Shown: positions 48,581 through 58,253, counted from the stretch's first letter. The stretch is 64,000 nt of DNA from an uncultured Gammaproteobacteria bacterium (GCA_964553245.1 CAZKJM010000002.1:5878-69877), one strand, 5' to 3'. The notes: generated by a model from the letters alone, not told the origin. Translations and numbers: made by a program.

Positions 48581-49363
48581 TTAGTCTTTTGTAATAGGGG
48601 TTAATTTTTTGCCACTACCTGTAGATGGAACAATTGTGGCGCCTTTTTCCAAGGCATCGGTTGCAATATTTATTTTTGGGTTTATTGGGATTTGCGGAAG
48701 CAAGATTATGGTTGATGCAGTAATTCTTTTATTGTCTTCTTTGTTTTCGTATCCAACAACGACGATATTTGTATTTTCCTCAATTTTAGAAAATCCTGAT
48801 TTTATAAGACCTGATGACTTATCATAAGAATAAGTTTTGGTTATATTTTCTATATCAACCGTTGTTTGTTTTTGATCTTTATCAACAACAATTAATGAAA
48901 ATTCTTTTTTGTTTATTAAAATTACAGCTCCATTTATAAATTTTGGTATGGTAATTAAATTTATTTCTCTTGCCAATATTCTTCTTGATTGCTTGTTGTA
49001 AATTCCTAATATTCCAATTGTTGTCCCTTTTTTTAGATCGGAAACACCAAAGCTTTTATCTGATGGTGAGTTAAATTTCGTAAGTTCGTCTAGATCTATA
49101 AATCTTTGGTTTTCATTCATCTCACTAATCGTTATTTGCGTGTCGGAAATATCGGTTACTGTTCCGATCGTTCCCTTTTTTTCGGTGAGCTTAAGTTGTG
49201 CAACTTTTGAAGCAATTCTTGATTTAAGATCATCCAGCTGATTTTTTTTAACAGTTGGAGTAGGGGATTCGGTTTCGGTTGATTCTTCAGAAATAGCATA
49301 TACGGATGAATTTATTGTCAGTAATAGGCATAATATTAAACAAAAAAACAAAGCTTTTTTCAT
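48581..49363 (-). CDS. Secreted hypothetical protein with two OB-like beta domains
   Basis: Signal peptide (VYA-I); two repeats of G.V..I....I.I...T.....DL..G. Confidence 0.7.
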   Translation of the reverse strand: MKKALFFCLILCLLLTINSSVYAISEESTETESPTPTVKKNQLDDLKSRIASKVAQLKLTEKKGTIGTVTDISDTQITISEMNENQRFIDLDELTKFNSPSDKSFGVSDLKKGTTIGILGIYNKQSRRILAREINLITIPKFINGAVILINKKEFSLIVVDKDQKQTTVDIENITKTYSYDKSSGLIKSGFSKIEENTNIVVVGYENKEDNKRITASTIILLPQIPINPKINIATDALEKGATIVPSTGSGKKLTPITKD

Positions 49364-49365
49364 AA

Positions 49366-49791
49366 TTAAAATTCTTCTGTAGAGAAGGTTACAATTTTTT
49401 CTACGGTTTTTTCTTCTCCGTTTGCCGATATTGCCGTAATCCTAATAATATTTTGTCCGTCTTCTATGTTTACGGTTGTGGAAAAACTTCCTATGGCCGT
49501 TGGTTTTATAACTTGTTGATCTGATTTTGTAACTATTATGATTGTTGCATCTGTTTTTGTTTTGCCTATTACATTGACCACCTTTTTATCAAGCACTTTT
49601 TCGTCGGAGGGTTCCGAAATAGTTAAAAAAATTGTTTCTTCAGGAGTAGGTGAAGGATTTTTTACGGTAACTGTTTTTTGCTTTGAATCTGGTAATGATT
49701 TTGTAGTTTGATAGAAGTAAAAAGCTCCACCTGCAAATATTAATCCAACAGCAACAGCAATAAATGCTAGTACAATTTTTTCTTTCCTCAT
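49366..49791 (-). CDS. Membrane-anchored small Ig-like domain protein
   Basis: N-terminal TM; L.I.EP.D, V.GKT, GSF...V.I.DG.N.I.I.A. Confidence 0.7.
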   Translation of the reverse strand: MRKEKIVLAFIAVAVGLIFAGGAFYFYQTTKSLPDSKQKTVTVKNPSPTPEETIFLTISEPSDEKVLDKKVVNVIGKTKTDATIIIVTKSDQQVIKPTAIGSFSTTVNIEDGQNIIRITAISANGEEKTVEKIVTFSTEEF

Positions 49792-49866
49792 ATGCGTTTC
49801 GGGACTTGATGATACAGTAAAAAGATTCTCTTGTCAAGAAAATCAGAATATGATAGGATTTTAAAA

Positions 49867-50403
49867 ATGGACATAAATCTTCTCGACAAAAACACCTTAA
49901 AAATAAAACTAAAAAAAACAAACTTTGTTGTAGATCCTAAAGAGAAAACTCCAAAAACAAGTGCAGACGCAATTATAGCTTTAGATAGAGAAAGCTTTGA
50001 TGCAACCAGGGTAGCAGATTATAGAATTATTATTAAAGGCCCAGGGGAATATGAAATTGGAGGAATTAAACTAATCGGATATAAATACGATAACGAGTTT
50101 ACATCATACAGTTTTATAACAGGTAACATATCTGTTTTGGTTGGTAAAGTTAGTTCGCTTGAGAAAATATTAGATAAAATTGACGAGCACAAGATTGCAA
50201 TTTTGGATGTTGATGCAAAAATGAATCCATCAATAGTTACCGCAATCGAACCAAACTGTCTTGTTTTATATGGAGAGATGGTAAAAGAAGGATTAGAATC
50301 ATTGGGGAAAGAAGCATTAGAAAGAAAGACAGAACAATCACAAAAATTAACAATAAATGAGGATAAGCTTTCCGAAGAAATGCAAATAATTATTTTAGAG
50401 TAA
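49867..50403 (+). CDS. Degenerate MBL-fold protein (metal-binding His motif absent)
   Basis: VVDP, ADAII, I.GPGEYEIGGI; no HxHxDH. Confidence 0.55.
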   Translation: MDINLLDKNTLKIKLKKTNFVVDPKEKTPKTSADAIIALDRESFDATRVADYRIIIKGPGEYEIGGIKLIGYKYDNEFTSYSFITGNISVLVGKVSSLEKILDKIDEHKIAILDVDAKMNPSIVTAIEPNCLVLYGEMVKEGLESLGKEALERKTEQSQKLTINEDKLSEEMQIIILE

Positions 50404-50485
50404 TCTTTACGAGAGTAACCGCCTGTAATTATTTGACCTAATTTGTTCCAGTTGAAAATAAATTAAATAATAGTATTATTTCTGT

Positions 50486-51817
50486 ATGACAAAGATTAAA
50501 CTTCCACCACAAAACGAAGAGGCTGAGCAAAGCGTATTGGGAGGGATTTTAATAGATAAAGATTCTATCGGCACAGTTTCTCAAATTCTAAAACCTAAAG
50601 ATTTTTACAATGACATCAACGGTTTAATCTACGGGGCAATGCTTTCTTTATACGAAGAAAGAAAGCCAATAGACGTGCTGACTTTAACAGCAAAGCTAAA
50701 AAAAGAAAAATTAAGCGAAAAAATTGATTCCAGTTATTTAACAGAATTGGTAAATAGTGTTCCGACGGCAGCGAATATAGAGCACTATGCATTGTTAATA
50801 AAGGAAGCATCAACAAAAAGACAATTAATACAAATAGGAACCCATATTGCGGAAATGGGATATATGGAGGATAAGGAAGTCAATGAGCTTATAAATACCG
50901 CCGAGACTTCTGTTTTTTCAATTTCTCAAGGACATACTTTAAAAAGTTTTATTCCCATTAAAGACGCATTAGCAGGAAGTTTTGACAGAATTGATGAGCT
51001 TCATAAAAAAGGCGCAGGCTTAAGAGGAGTTAAGACAGGATTCGTTGATTTGGATAATATTCTTTCTGGAATGCAGCAATCTAACTTGATAATTTTGGCA
51101 GCTCGCCCTGGTCAAGGAAAAACAGCCATGATTGTAAATATTGCTCAATATATTTCTGTTAACGAAAAACAGCCGGTTGGAATTTTTTCTTTGGAAATGA
51201 GTAAAGAAGAATTAGTAGACAGGCTTTTAGTTGGCCAGTCAGACGTGGATGCATGGAAATTAAAAACAGGTAAGCTATCTGAGTCGGATTTTACAAAACT
51301 ATCTCAGGCAATGGGGGAGTTAGCAGATGCCCCTATTTTTATAGACGATACTCCGGGAATTTCGGTTTCTGAAATGAGAACTAAAGCAAGAAGGCTTCAA
51401 CTGGAATACGGAATAAAGCTTTTAGTTGTTGATTATCTTCAGCTAGCGGATCCTGGAAGAAGGTATGATAATAGAGTTCAGGAAGTTTCTATTATTTCGC
51501 AGGCTTTAAAAAATTTAGCAAGAGAACTTAAAATACCGATCATTGCTGCTTCGCAGCTTTCTCGTGCAGTTGAACACAGAGGGGAAAGAAAGCCTCAATT
51601 GGCTGATTTAAGGGAATCTGGAGCCATTGAGCAGGATGCTGATGTGGTTATGTTTATTTATAGACCTGATCCTGATGTTATTTCTAATATAATTCCAACA
51701 AAATTGCTTATAGCAAAACACAGGAATGGTCCAGTAGGAGAGGTGGATTTACTTTTTAGAGGAGATAGGATAAGATTTTATAATGTGGAGAAAAAAATGG
51801 AGGGAGGTGATAAGTAA
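50486..51817 (+). CDS. dnaB: Replicative DNA helicase
   Basis: PPQN.EAEQSVLG, AARPGQGKT, FSLEM, DYLQL, SQLSR, LRESGAIEQDAD, KHRNGP. Confidence 0.97.
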   Translation: MTKIKLPPQNEEAEQSVLGGILIDKDSIGTVSQILKPKDFYNDINGLIYGAMLSLYEERKPIDVLTLTAKLKKEKLSEKIDSSYLTELVNSVPTAANIEHYALLIKEASTKRQLIQIGTHIAEMGYMEDKEVNELINTAETSVFSISQGHTLKSFIPIKDALAGSFDRIDELHKKGAGLRGVKTGFVDLDNILSGMQQSNLIILAARPGQGKTAMIVNIAQYISVNEKQPVGIFSLEMSKEELVDRLLVGQSDVDAWKLKTGKLSESDFTKLSQAMGELADAPIFIDDTPGISVSEMRTKARRLQLEYGIKLLVVDYLQLADPGRRYDNRVQEVSIISQALKNLARELKIPIIAASQLSRAVEHRGERKPQLADLRESGAIEQDADVVMFIYRPDPDVISNIIPTKLLIAKHRNGPVGEVDLLFRGDRIRFYNVEKKMEGGDK

Positions 51818-52083
51818 TGGATGATGTAATGAACCAAGGACAACAGCCAGTTTCTCAACCTACACCAAATATTCCAACCGAGACACCAAGTGTTCCTACA
51901 GAAACACCTGATGTTCCGGGGCAAGTTCCTCCTCCGCCAGCAGAGCCAGTAGTTCCGCCGGTAACTCCGGTTGAACCACCAGTTCAAGCGCCAGTTTCGG
52001 AATCCCAAGTTCCAGAACAGGCACCAGTCGCGGGAGAACAGCCCGTACAAGGCGATGAGCAAAATACACAGGTTGGAGCTTAA
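51817..52083 (+). CDS. Pro/Glu/Gln-rich disordered small protein coupled to dnaB
   Basis: TAATG overlap with the dnaB stop; SD GGAGGTGA. Confidence 0.7.
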   Translation: MDDVMNQGQQPVSQPTPNIPTETPSVPTETPDVPGQVPPPPAEPVVPPVTPVEPPVQAPVSESQVPEQAPVAGEQPVQGDEQNTQVGA

Positions 52084-52086
52084 TTT

Positions 52087-52132
52087 ATAATGGGTTAAAA
52101 TAATGTGTTTAAGTGTTGTTTTAACCCATTAT
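52087..52132. terminator. 14-bp perfect inverted repeat after the dnaB operon
   Basis: ATAATGGGTTAAAA ... TTTTAACCCATTAT. Confidence 0.6.
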
Positions 52133-52166
52133 GTTTTATAATAAATAGCAATAAGTCATAATCATT

Positions 52167-52793
52167 ATGTTTTCATTAGAGCAAATTATTGAATGGCTTT
52201 TGATTTATAAATATATTGTTCTTTTTCCGATAATGGTAATAGAGGGTCCGATAATTACTATTATTGCAGGTTTTTTGTCATCATTGGAGCTTTTAAGCAT
52301 TTACATTGCTTTTTTAGTTGTTGTTGTGGCTGACTTAACAGGAGATTTTATTTATTATTCAATAGGTAGGTGGGGAAGAAAAAAATTTATAGACAAATGG
52401 GGAAAATATATAGGAATTGATCCAGCGAGAATAGGAAGACTCGAGGATCATTTTCTAAAACACAGAAAAAAAACATTGATTATCGGAAAAATTTCACACG
52501 CAATTGGTGCTCCTATATTGGTTGCTGCAGGAATAGTGAAGGTTCCAATAATAGAATTTTTATGGGTTAATCTTCTGGCAACTTTGCCCAAATCTTTTTT
52601 ATTTCTTTTTATCGGTTATCATTTTGGACAGGCTTATGTAAAGCTAGATCAATACTTAGATTATTTTACGATAACGTTTATTATCATTGGAGTCACTTTC
52701 GTTTTGATTTATTATCTGTATAATAAATATAAGCTTAAGTATAGAATGTTTTTGGACAAACTAAGAAAAGAAGATATATTAGATATTGAATGA
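52167..52793 (+). CDS. DedA/VTT family membrane protein
   Basis: IEGP, AGFL, GD..YY.IGR, AG; multi-TM. Confidence 0.9.
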   Translation: MFSLEQIIEWLLIYKYIVLFPIMVIEGPIITIIAGFLSSLELLSIYIAFLVVVVADLTGDFIYYSIGRWGRKKFIDKWGKYIGIDPARIGRLEDHFLKHRKKTLIIGKISHAIGAPILVAAGIVKVPIIEFLWVNLLATLPKSFLFLFIGYHFGQAYVKLDQYLDYFTITFIIIGVTFVLIYYLYNKYKLKYRMFLDKLRKEDILDIE

Positions 52794-53986
52794 GAATTGC
52801 AATTTTTTCCGATAACTTTTATCCTGAAATAAGTGGGATTTCCGATTCAATTATAACTACCGGAAAAGAACTGGCAAAATTAGGTCATAAAATAAATTTT
52901 TTTGCTCCAAAATATTCTCGAAAAAATTACGATTTATTAAAGCTTCCAAATGAAGAAATTAATTTAGGAGAGAATATTAGGGTTACAAGGTTGACCTCTT
53001 TTCCTTATCCAACTGGAACCGCGCAAAGCAGACTTGTTATTCCATGTGGTTTTTCTCTATCTGCGGTAAAAAAGTTTAATCCCGATATAATTCATACAAA
53101 TGACATAGCTAGCATGGGTATAGAAGCCTTAATTTGCGCAAAATTTCTTAAAAAACCATTAGTCGGGACAGATCATACTCCAATGGTTGAATTTTTAAAG
53201 TATTCACCAATTAAGGGTAAATTTATTCAGTCAATGATATCAAGATATGATGCATTGTATTATAATCAATGCAATTTTGTTTCCTCGCCGTGTAATGCAA
53301 TCTTCGAAGAAATTGAAAAATTTGGATTCAATAAACCGGTTCATAAAGCTCTTTCTAATCCTATATATATTGAAGAATACAAACCGGTTAAAAATAAATG
53401 GTCTCTTAAAAAAAAGTACGGTTTGTTTGATTACTCAATTCTTTATATGGGAAGACTAGCTTTCGAAAAAAGAATAGATATTTCTTTAAAAGCCTTAGCA
53501 AAACTGGTAAGAAAATATCCGAAGATAGGTTTTGTGATTGCAGGAAAAGGAGCTGTTGAAAAAGATTTAAAGACCTTAACTAAAGAATTAGATTTAGAAA
53601 ATAATGTTAAGTTCTTTGGGTTCTTAAAAGATAAAAAAGATATGGTTGGAATTTATAATGCTTGTGATCTTTTCTCTATGACAAGTATTGCAGAAACGCA
53701 AAGCATTGTAATGATGCAAGCAATGGCTTGTAAAATACCTGTTATTGCTGTAAAAGCTTGGGGATTAAAAGAGTATGTTAACGAAAAAAATGGAATTCTT
53801 ATCAATGTAAACAACCCAGATGAATTAGCGGAAAAAATTGAATATTTATATAATAACCCTAGTGTTTCAGAGAAACTTGGAGAAGGAGGTAGGGATTTTG
53901 TGGAAAATTTTTCACCGATAAAAATCGCAAAAGAATGGGAAAGCATATACGAAGAAACAATAAAAAGCTACAAATCCTCGAGATAA
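52790..53986 (+). CDS. Glycosyltransferase family 4 (glycolipid glucosyltransferase-like)
   Basis: MRIAIFSDNFYP.ISG, GRL..EK, ETQSIV..QAMAC..PV. Confidence 0.9.
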   Translation: MRIAIFSDNFYPEISGISDSIITTGKELAKLGHKINFFAPKYSRKNYDLLKLPNEEINLGENIRVTRLTSFPYPTGTAQSRLVIPCGFSLSAVKKFNPDIIHTNDIASMGIEALICAKFLKKPLVGTDHTPMVEFLKYSPIKGKFIQSMISRYDALYYNQCNFVSSPCNAIFEEIEKFGFNKPVHKALSNPIYIEEYKPVKNKWSLKKKYGLFDYSILYMGRLAFEKRIDISLKALAKLVRKYPKIGFVIAGKGAVEKDLKTLTKELDLENNVKFFGFLKDKKDMVGIYNACDLFSMTSIAETQSIVMMQAMACKIPVIAVKAWGLKEYVNEKNGILINVNNPDELAEKIEYLYNNPSVSEKLGEGGRDFVENFSPIKIAKEWESIYEETIKSYKSSR

Positions 53987-54032
53987 ACATTATTGTTTTA
54001 ATTTTTCTTTTAGATATAATACTTTTATAGTT

Positions 54033-54950
54033 ATGAAATTAAGTTTTGTTATTCCGGCATATAACGAAGAAGCGTATGTAGGAAAATGTCTGGAGTCGAT
54101 TTTTAAAGACGCAGAAGGAAAAAATTATGATTACGAAGTAATCGTAGTAAACAATGCTAGTACAGATAATACAAAAAAAATCGCCTCCTCATTTAAAAAA
54201 GTTAAAGTTGTTGATGAGCCTAAGAAAGGTTTGGTTAATGCCAGAAGAGCGGGGTATTTGGTTTCAAAAGGAGATTTAATTGCTAATGTAGATTCCGATA
54301 CCATTTTAACTCCCGGATGGATAGATAGAGTTTTCTACGAATTTTCAAAAGACAAGAATTTGGCTGCATTATCAGGTCCGTTTTTATATTATGATGTTTC
54401 CAAGTGGATGGTTAAAACAGTAAGAATATTTTATTACTATGCTTTTGGTGTTTATTTATTAAACAGGTTTGTTTTAAAGCAGGGTTCGATGATTCAGGGA
54501 GGTAATTTTGTAGTGAGAAGATCCAGCTTTGTAAAAGCAGGAGAATTTAATGATGATTATGACTTTTATGGAGAAGATGCAGACGTTGCAAGAAGGCTTC
54601 ATAAAGTCGGACCGGTAAAATGGACTTTTAATTTTCCAATATATGCTTCAGCAAGAAGACTCGCCAAGGAAGGTCCGGTTACTACTTCTTTTAGGTATAC
54701 TATTAATTATATTTGGACATTTTTATTTAAAAAACCATTTTCCAAAACCGCAAGCGATGTAAGATTTGCGAAAGTTAACAAAATTTTACAAATTAATCCA
54801 GAGAATAAAAAAACAGAAATTATTGGTTCGGTTATTACAGTATTAGCATTAGCGCTTCTGCCATTAACGATAGTAGGTTTTGTTTATCATATTATGCGTA
54901 ATAAACTGCCTGTGGTAGCAAGAAATTCAAAAAATAAATTATTTGATTAA
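54033..54950 (+). CDS. Glycosyltransferase family 2
   Basis: VIPAYNEE, VVNNASTD, DSD, GED, SARR; C-terminal TM. Confidence 0.92.
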   Translation: MKLSFVIPAYNEEAYVGKCLESIFKDAEGKNYDYEVIVVNNASTDNTKKIASSFKKVKVVDEPKKGLVNARRAGYLVSKGDLIANVDSDTILTPGWIDRVFYEFSKDKNLAALSGPFLYYDVSKWMVKTVRIFYYYAFGVYLLNRFVLKQGSMIQGGNFVVRRSSFVKAGEFNDDYDFYGEDADVARRLHKVGPVKWTFNFPIYASARRLAKEGPVTTSFRYTINYIWTFLFKKPFSKTASDVRFAKVNKILQINPENKKTEIIGSVITVLALALLPLTIVGFVYHIMRNKLPVVARNSKNKLFD

Positions 54951-54953
54951 GGG

Positions 54954-55036
54954 TGGGCAAGGAGAGATTCGAACTCTCAAGGTCTTGCAACCAATAGTTT
55001 TTGAGACTATCGCGTATACCGTTCCGCCACTTGCCC
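54954..55036 (-). tRNA. tRNA-Leu (anticodon CAA); CCA end not encoded
   Basis: Reverse complement GGGCAAG TGGCGGAACGGTATACGC G ATAGT-CTCAAAA-ACTAT, long variable arm, GAGAG-TTCGAAT-CTCTC CTTGCCC A. Confidence 0.95.
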
Positions 55037-55082
55037 TTATTTAGCTTTGCGTTTTGAACCTCTCTATTATATAATTTAGTTT

Positions 55083-56081
55083 ATGACACTTCAAGAAATA
55101 TATGAATTAGCAATAAAAATGGGAATTAATGCAGATCCCCGTGGTGAAGATCAAGTTATTAAAATCTTAAAAAAAAATAAAAAAGAATATGAAGAACTTT
55201 CTTCGGAGAAGAAAAAGTATTTTGATCAGGAGTCATTAATAAACCCATATGCTGATTCAAGAATCTTATATGGAAATCCTAAATTAAATATTAAAAAAGT
55301 AATTTCGGGCATAGATGTGGAATCGGGAGAAATTGCATTGGTGGATATGTTAAATCAAAAATTCAACCCTTCTACGTCAAAGACTTCGGAAGGACAAGGA
55401 AAAATAGACTTAATCATTGGTCATCATCCCGAAGGTTGTGCCTTAGCAGGATTGGACGAAGTTATGGACATTCAGGTGGATTTATTAAGTAACTATGGAG
55501 TACCCATTAACGTGGCAGAGTCATTGTTAAAAGATAGAGTAAGTCAGGTTAAAAGGGGATTAAATCCGACAAATCATCAAAGAAGCGTTGATGCTGCAAA
55601 ACTATTAGATATTCCATTTATGGTTATTCATACGATTTGTGATAATTTAGGACATAATTTTTTATCTCAGAAATTGGAACAAAAAAATTGGGATACGGTT
55701 GGTGAAGTTTTAGAGGAAATTTTGAAAATTCCCGAATTCAGAGAATCAAAAACAAAAAAAGCAGGACCAAGAATTACTGTTGGTTCAGAAAAAAACAGAG
55801 CAGGAAAAGTAGCAATTACCGGATTTACAGGTGGAACAGAGGGGTCAAGGTTAATTTATGAAAAAATGTCGCAGGCAGGTATTGGAACAATTGTTGAAAT
55901 GCATATGAGTGAAGATCATTTTAAAGAAGCTAAAGGACAACATTTAAATGTTATTGTCTCCGGTCATATGGCATCTGATTCTTTGGGAGTAAATTTGTTT
56001 CTGGATGAGCTCGAAAAAAAAGGCATTGAGGTTATTCCGTTTTCGGGATTAATAAGATACAAAAGAGGAGGAATTAAATAA
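55083..56081 (+). CDS. NIF3 (NGG1p-interacting factor 3)-like protein
   Basis: NPYADSR, GID, HHPEG, HT..DN, TGGTEG, MH, GHMASDSLG.N. Confidence 0.85.
   Translation: MTLQEIYELAIKMGINADPRGEDQVIKILKKNKKEYEELSSEKKKYFDQESLINPYADSRILYGNPKLNIKKVISGIDVESGEIALVDMLNQKFNPSTSKTSEGQGKIDLIIGHHPEGCALAGLDEVMDIQVDLLSNYGVPINVAESLLKDRVSQVKRGLNPTNHQRSVDAAKLLDIPFMVIHTICDNLGHNFLSQKLEQKNWDTVGEVLEEILKIPEFRESKTKKAGPRITVGSEKNRAGKVAITGFTGGTEGSRLIYEKMSQAGIGTIVEMHMSEDHFKEAKGQHLNVIVSGHMASDSLGVNLFLDELEKKGIEVIPFSGLIRYKRGGIK
55367..55398 (+). repeat. In-frame palindromic element in the NIF3-like gene (PSTSKTSEGQG)
   Basis: CCTTC-TACG-TC-AAA-GA-CTTCG-GAAGG-ACAAG; same architecture as the ychF element with compensatory changes. 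Confidence 0.65.
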
Positions 56082-56083
56082 TT

Positions 56084-56638
56084 ATGATTTCAGTTACAGA
56101 ACTTCGAAGCGGAACTGTTTTTGAGGACGGTGGAAATACCTACATAGTTCTTTCTTATGAACATATAAAAATGGGTAGGGGAAGTGCAAATATCAAGGTA
56201 AAAGTAAAAAACATAAAAACCGGTGCAACCACAGAAAAAGGATACATAAATGGAGCTAAAGTAAAACCGGTTACGGTTTTTAAAAAAGAATTGCAGTATT
56301 TGTATAAAGATGATGATTTTGCCTATTTTATGGACCCGAAAACCTTTGAACAGACTACAGTAAAACTTGATTTAATTGACGGATATGATTTTCTTAAAGA
56401 GGGTATGAATTTTATGGTAAGTGTTTTAAACGATGAGCCATTGTCTGTAATGTTACCTCCTAAAATGGATTTAGTTGTAGCGGAAACTGGACCGGGTGTA
56501 AAAGGAAATTCAGCGACAAATATCTTTAAAGATGCTGTATTAGAAAATGGTGTTAAAGCGAGAGTTCCACTTTTTATAAATATTGGCGATAAGGTCCGCA
56601 TAGATACTAGAACTGGAGCGTACACAGAAAAAGCATAA
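56084..56638 (+). CDS. efp: Elongation factor P
   Basis: HIKMGRGSA, QYLY, FMD..TFEQ, PGVKG, VPLFI..GD..IDTRTG.Y. Confidence 0.95.
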   Translation: MISVTELRSGTVFEDGGNTYIVLSYEHIKMGRGSANIKVKVKNIKTGATTEKGYINGAKVKPVTVFKKELQYLYKDDDFAYFMDPKTFEQTTVKLDLIDGYDFLKEGMNFMVSVLNDEPLSVMLPPKMDLVVAETGPGVKGNSATNIFKDAVLENGVKARVPLFINIGDKVRIDTRTGAYTEKA

Positions 56639-56649
56639 AGCAAAATCCT

Positions 56650-57342
56650 ATGCAATTTTTTATTTTCGTTTTGGCAATTTGTTTTTTTATATTCTTGTTT
56701 GTTTTATACAATCTCTCTAAAGACGATTTCTTAATTATAAGAAAAGATATTGCGTTGGAAAGCCTTTTTAATACTGCATTTAGCGTTGCTTTTATATCGC
56801 TTTTTTTTGCTAGATTTTTTTATGTTATATTTAATCCCACCCCGATTTTAAAAACTTTTTTAGGTTTTATGGTTTTTCCTTATTTTCCAGGTCTTTCTTT
56901 GGCGGGGGGATTGATTGGGGGATTAAGTTATTTATTAATTCATATTAATTTTAAAAAAATGCCCATTGGAAGAATTTTCGACATATTTATTCTAAGCTTG
57001 TCTGTAGTTTTACCGATAGGTATTTTGGGAACTATTTTATTAACCGGTTTTAAAAATGCATTAAGCTTGGGATTATTATTTTTAATTAACTTAATTATTT
57101 CAATAATTCTATTTAAAATTATATGGCCATATTCCCAAAAAAATAATCTAAAGGAAGGAAGTCTAGGAATAATTTTTTTAACAGCACTTTCGTTAATTAA
57201 TTATTTATTTAATATTATTACAAATTGGGGAAGGGTAGTGTTGTTTAGCAAAGACAATTTACTTTGGGTAATAATACTTATGGCATCGATTGTTTTTATT
57301 GTAAAACAGGAAATTGCAATTAGATCCTCAATCAAAAAATGA
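56650..57342 (+). CDS. Lgt (prolipoprotein diacylglyceryl transferase)-like membrane protein, degenerate
   Basis: ARFFYV and GLS..GG..GG blocks; GILG replaces the usual GRxGN. Confidence 0.55.
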   Translation: MQFFIFVLAICFFIFLFVLYNLSKDDFLIIRKDIALESLFNTAFSVAFISLFFARFFYVIFNPTPILKTFLGFMVFPYFPGLSLAGGLIGGLSYLLIHINFKKMPIGRIFDIFILSLSVVLPIGILGTILLTGFKNALSLGLLFLINLIISIILFKIIWPYSQKNNLKEGSLGIIFLTALSLINYLFNIITNWGRVVLFSKDNLLWVIILMASIVFIVKQEIAIRSSIKK

Positions 57343-58100
57343 AAAATACAAAAATTGTATACGAAGATTCAGATATTTTAATTTTAAATAAAGACGCAGG
57401 AATTACGGTTAATAAATCTGATACTACTCGTGGTGAGCATACAGTTCAGGATTTCTTAGAAGAAAAACTAAGATTAAACGATACTTCTTGTGACAATTCT
57501 TCTGATTTTTTTAAAAGAGCGGGAATAGTTCATAGGCTGGACAAAGAAACGTCAGGAATTTTAATTGCTGCAAAAACCCCTGATGCTTTTTTGAATCTTC
57601 AAAAACAGTTTAAAGAAAGGAAGGTAAAAAAAACATATATAGCACTTGCTCACGGAAAAATGCTTGAAGAAAATGGGGAAATTAGGGTTCCAGTTGGTCG
57701 TCTTCCCTGGAATAGAAAAAGATTTGGTGTTTTAGCTGGAGGTAGAGAAGCATTAACGAAATACAAAGTATTAGAAGCGCTCGAAGTAAAAATAAAAAAT
57801 TCTAGAGAAATTCTTACTCTTTTAGAGCTTTTTCCCGAAACAGGAAGAACTCATCAAATAAGAGTTCATTTAAAATACATAAATAGACCAATTTTTAGCG
57901 ATTATCTTTATGCAGGAAGAAAAACCGCAAGAGATGATCGAAAAATCCTTCCAAGGGTTTTTTTACATGCAAAAAAAATTAGCTTTTTTCATCCTGTAAC
58001 AAAAAAGCTTGTAAGCTTTGAAGCACAAATTCCGGAAGAGCTTACTGAAGTTTTAAAATTTTATGGATTTAAACAAGTAATTTTTGCTAGTATAAAATAA
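57339..58100 (+). CDS. RluA/RluD-family pseudouridine synthase
   Basis: NK.AG, GIVHRLDKETSG, TGRTHQIRVH, FLHA. Confidence 0.95.
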   Translation: MKNTKIVYEDSDILILNKDAGITVNKSDTTRGEHTVQDFLEEKLRLNDTSCDNSSDFFKRAGIVHRLDKETSGILIAAKTPDAFLNLQKQFKERKVKKTYIALAHGKMLEENGEIRVPVGRLPWNRKRFGVLAGGREALTKYKVLEALEVKIKNSREILTLLELFPETGRTHQIRVHLKYINRPIFSDYLYAGRKTARDDRKILPRVFLHAKKISFFHPVTKKLVSFEAQIPEELTEVLKFYGFKQVIFASIK

Positions 58101-58113
58101 GGAGGTGATTGTT

Positions 58114-58245
58114 ATGGGTAGCTTTGGTGGATTTTATAAGGGAGAAAAGAAGAAACAAAAAAAAGATAAACAATCAAAAAGCGTATTTAGCGATAAACCA
58201 ATTTATTCTATGCCGGAAATAATATCAAAGAAAAAACAGGAATAA
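58114..58245 (+). CDS. Small basic protein (43 aa) absent from the ORF track
   Basis: SD AAGGAGGTGA, then MGSFGGFYKGEKKKQKKDKQSKSVFSDKPIYSMPEIISKKKQE; fills the gap in the operon. Confidence 0.7.
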   Translation: MGSFGGFYKGEKKKQKKDKQSKSVFSDKPIYSMPEIISKKKQE

Positions 58246-58253
58246 AGATATTT

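Noticed and set aside
54954-55036. Integrated element at tRNA-Leu
   Set aside because: No integrase and no duplicated tRNA 3' end found in the window.
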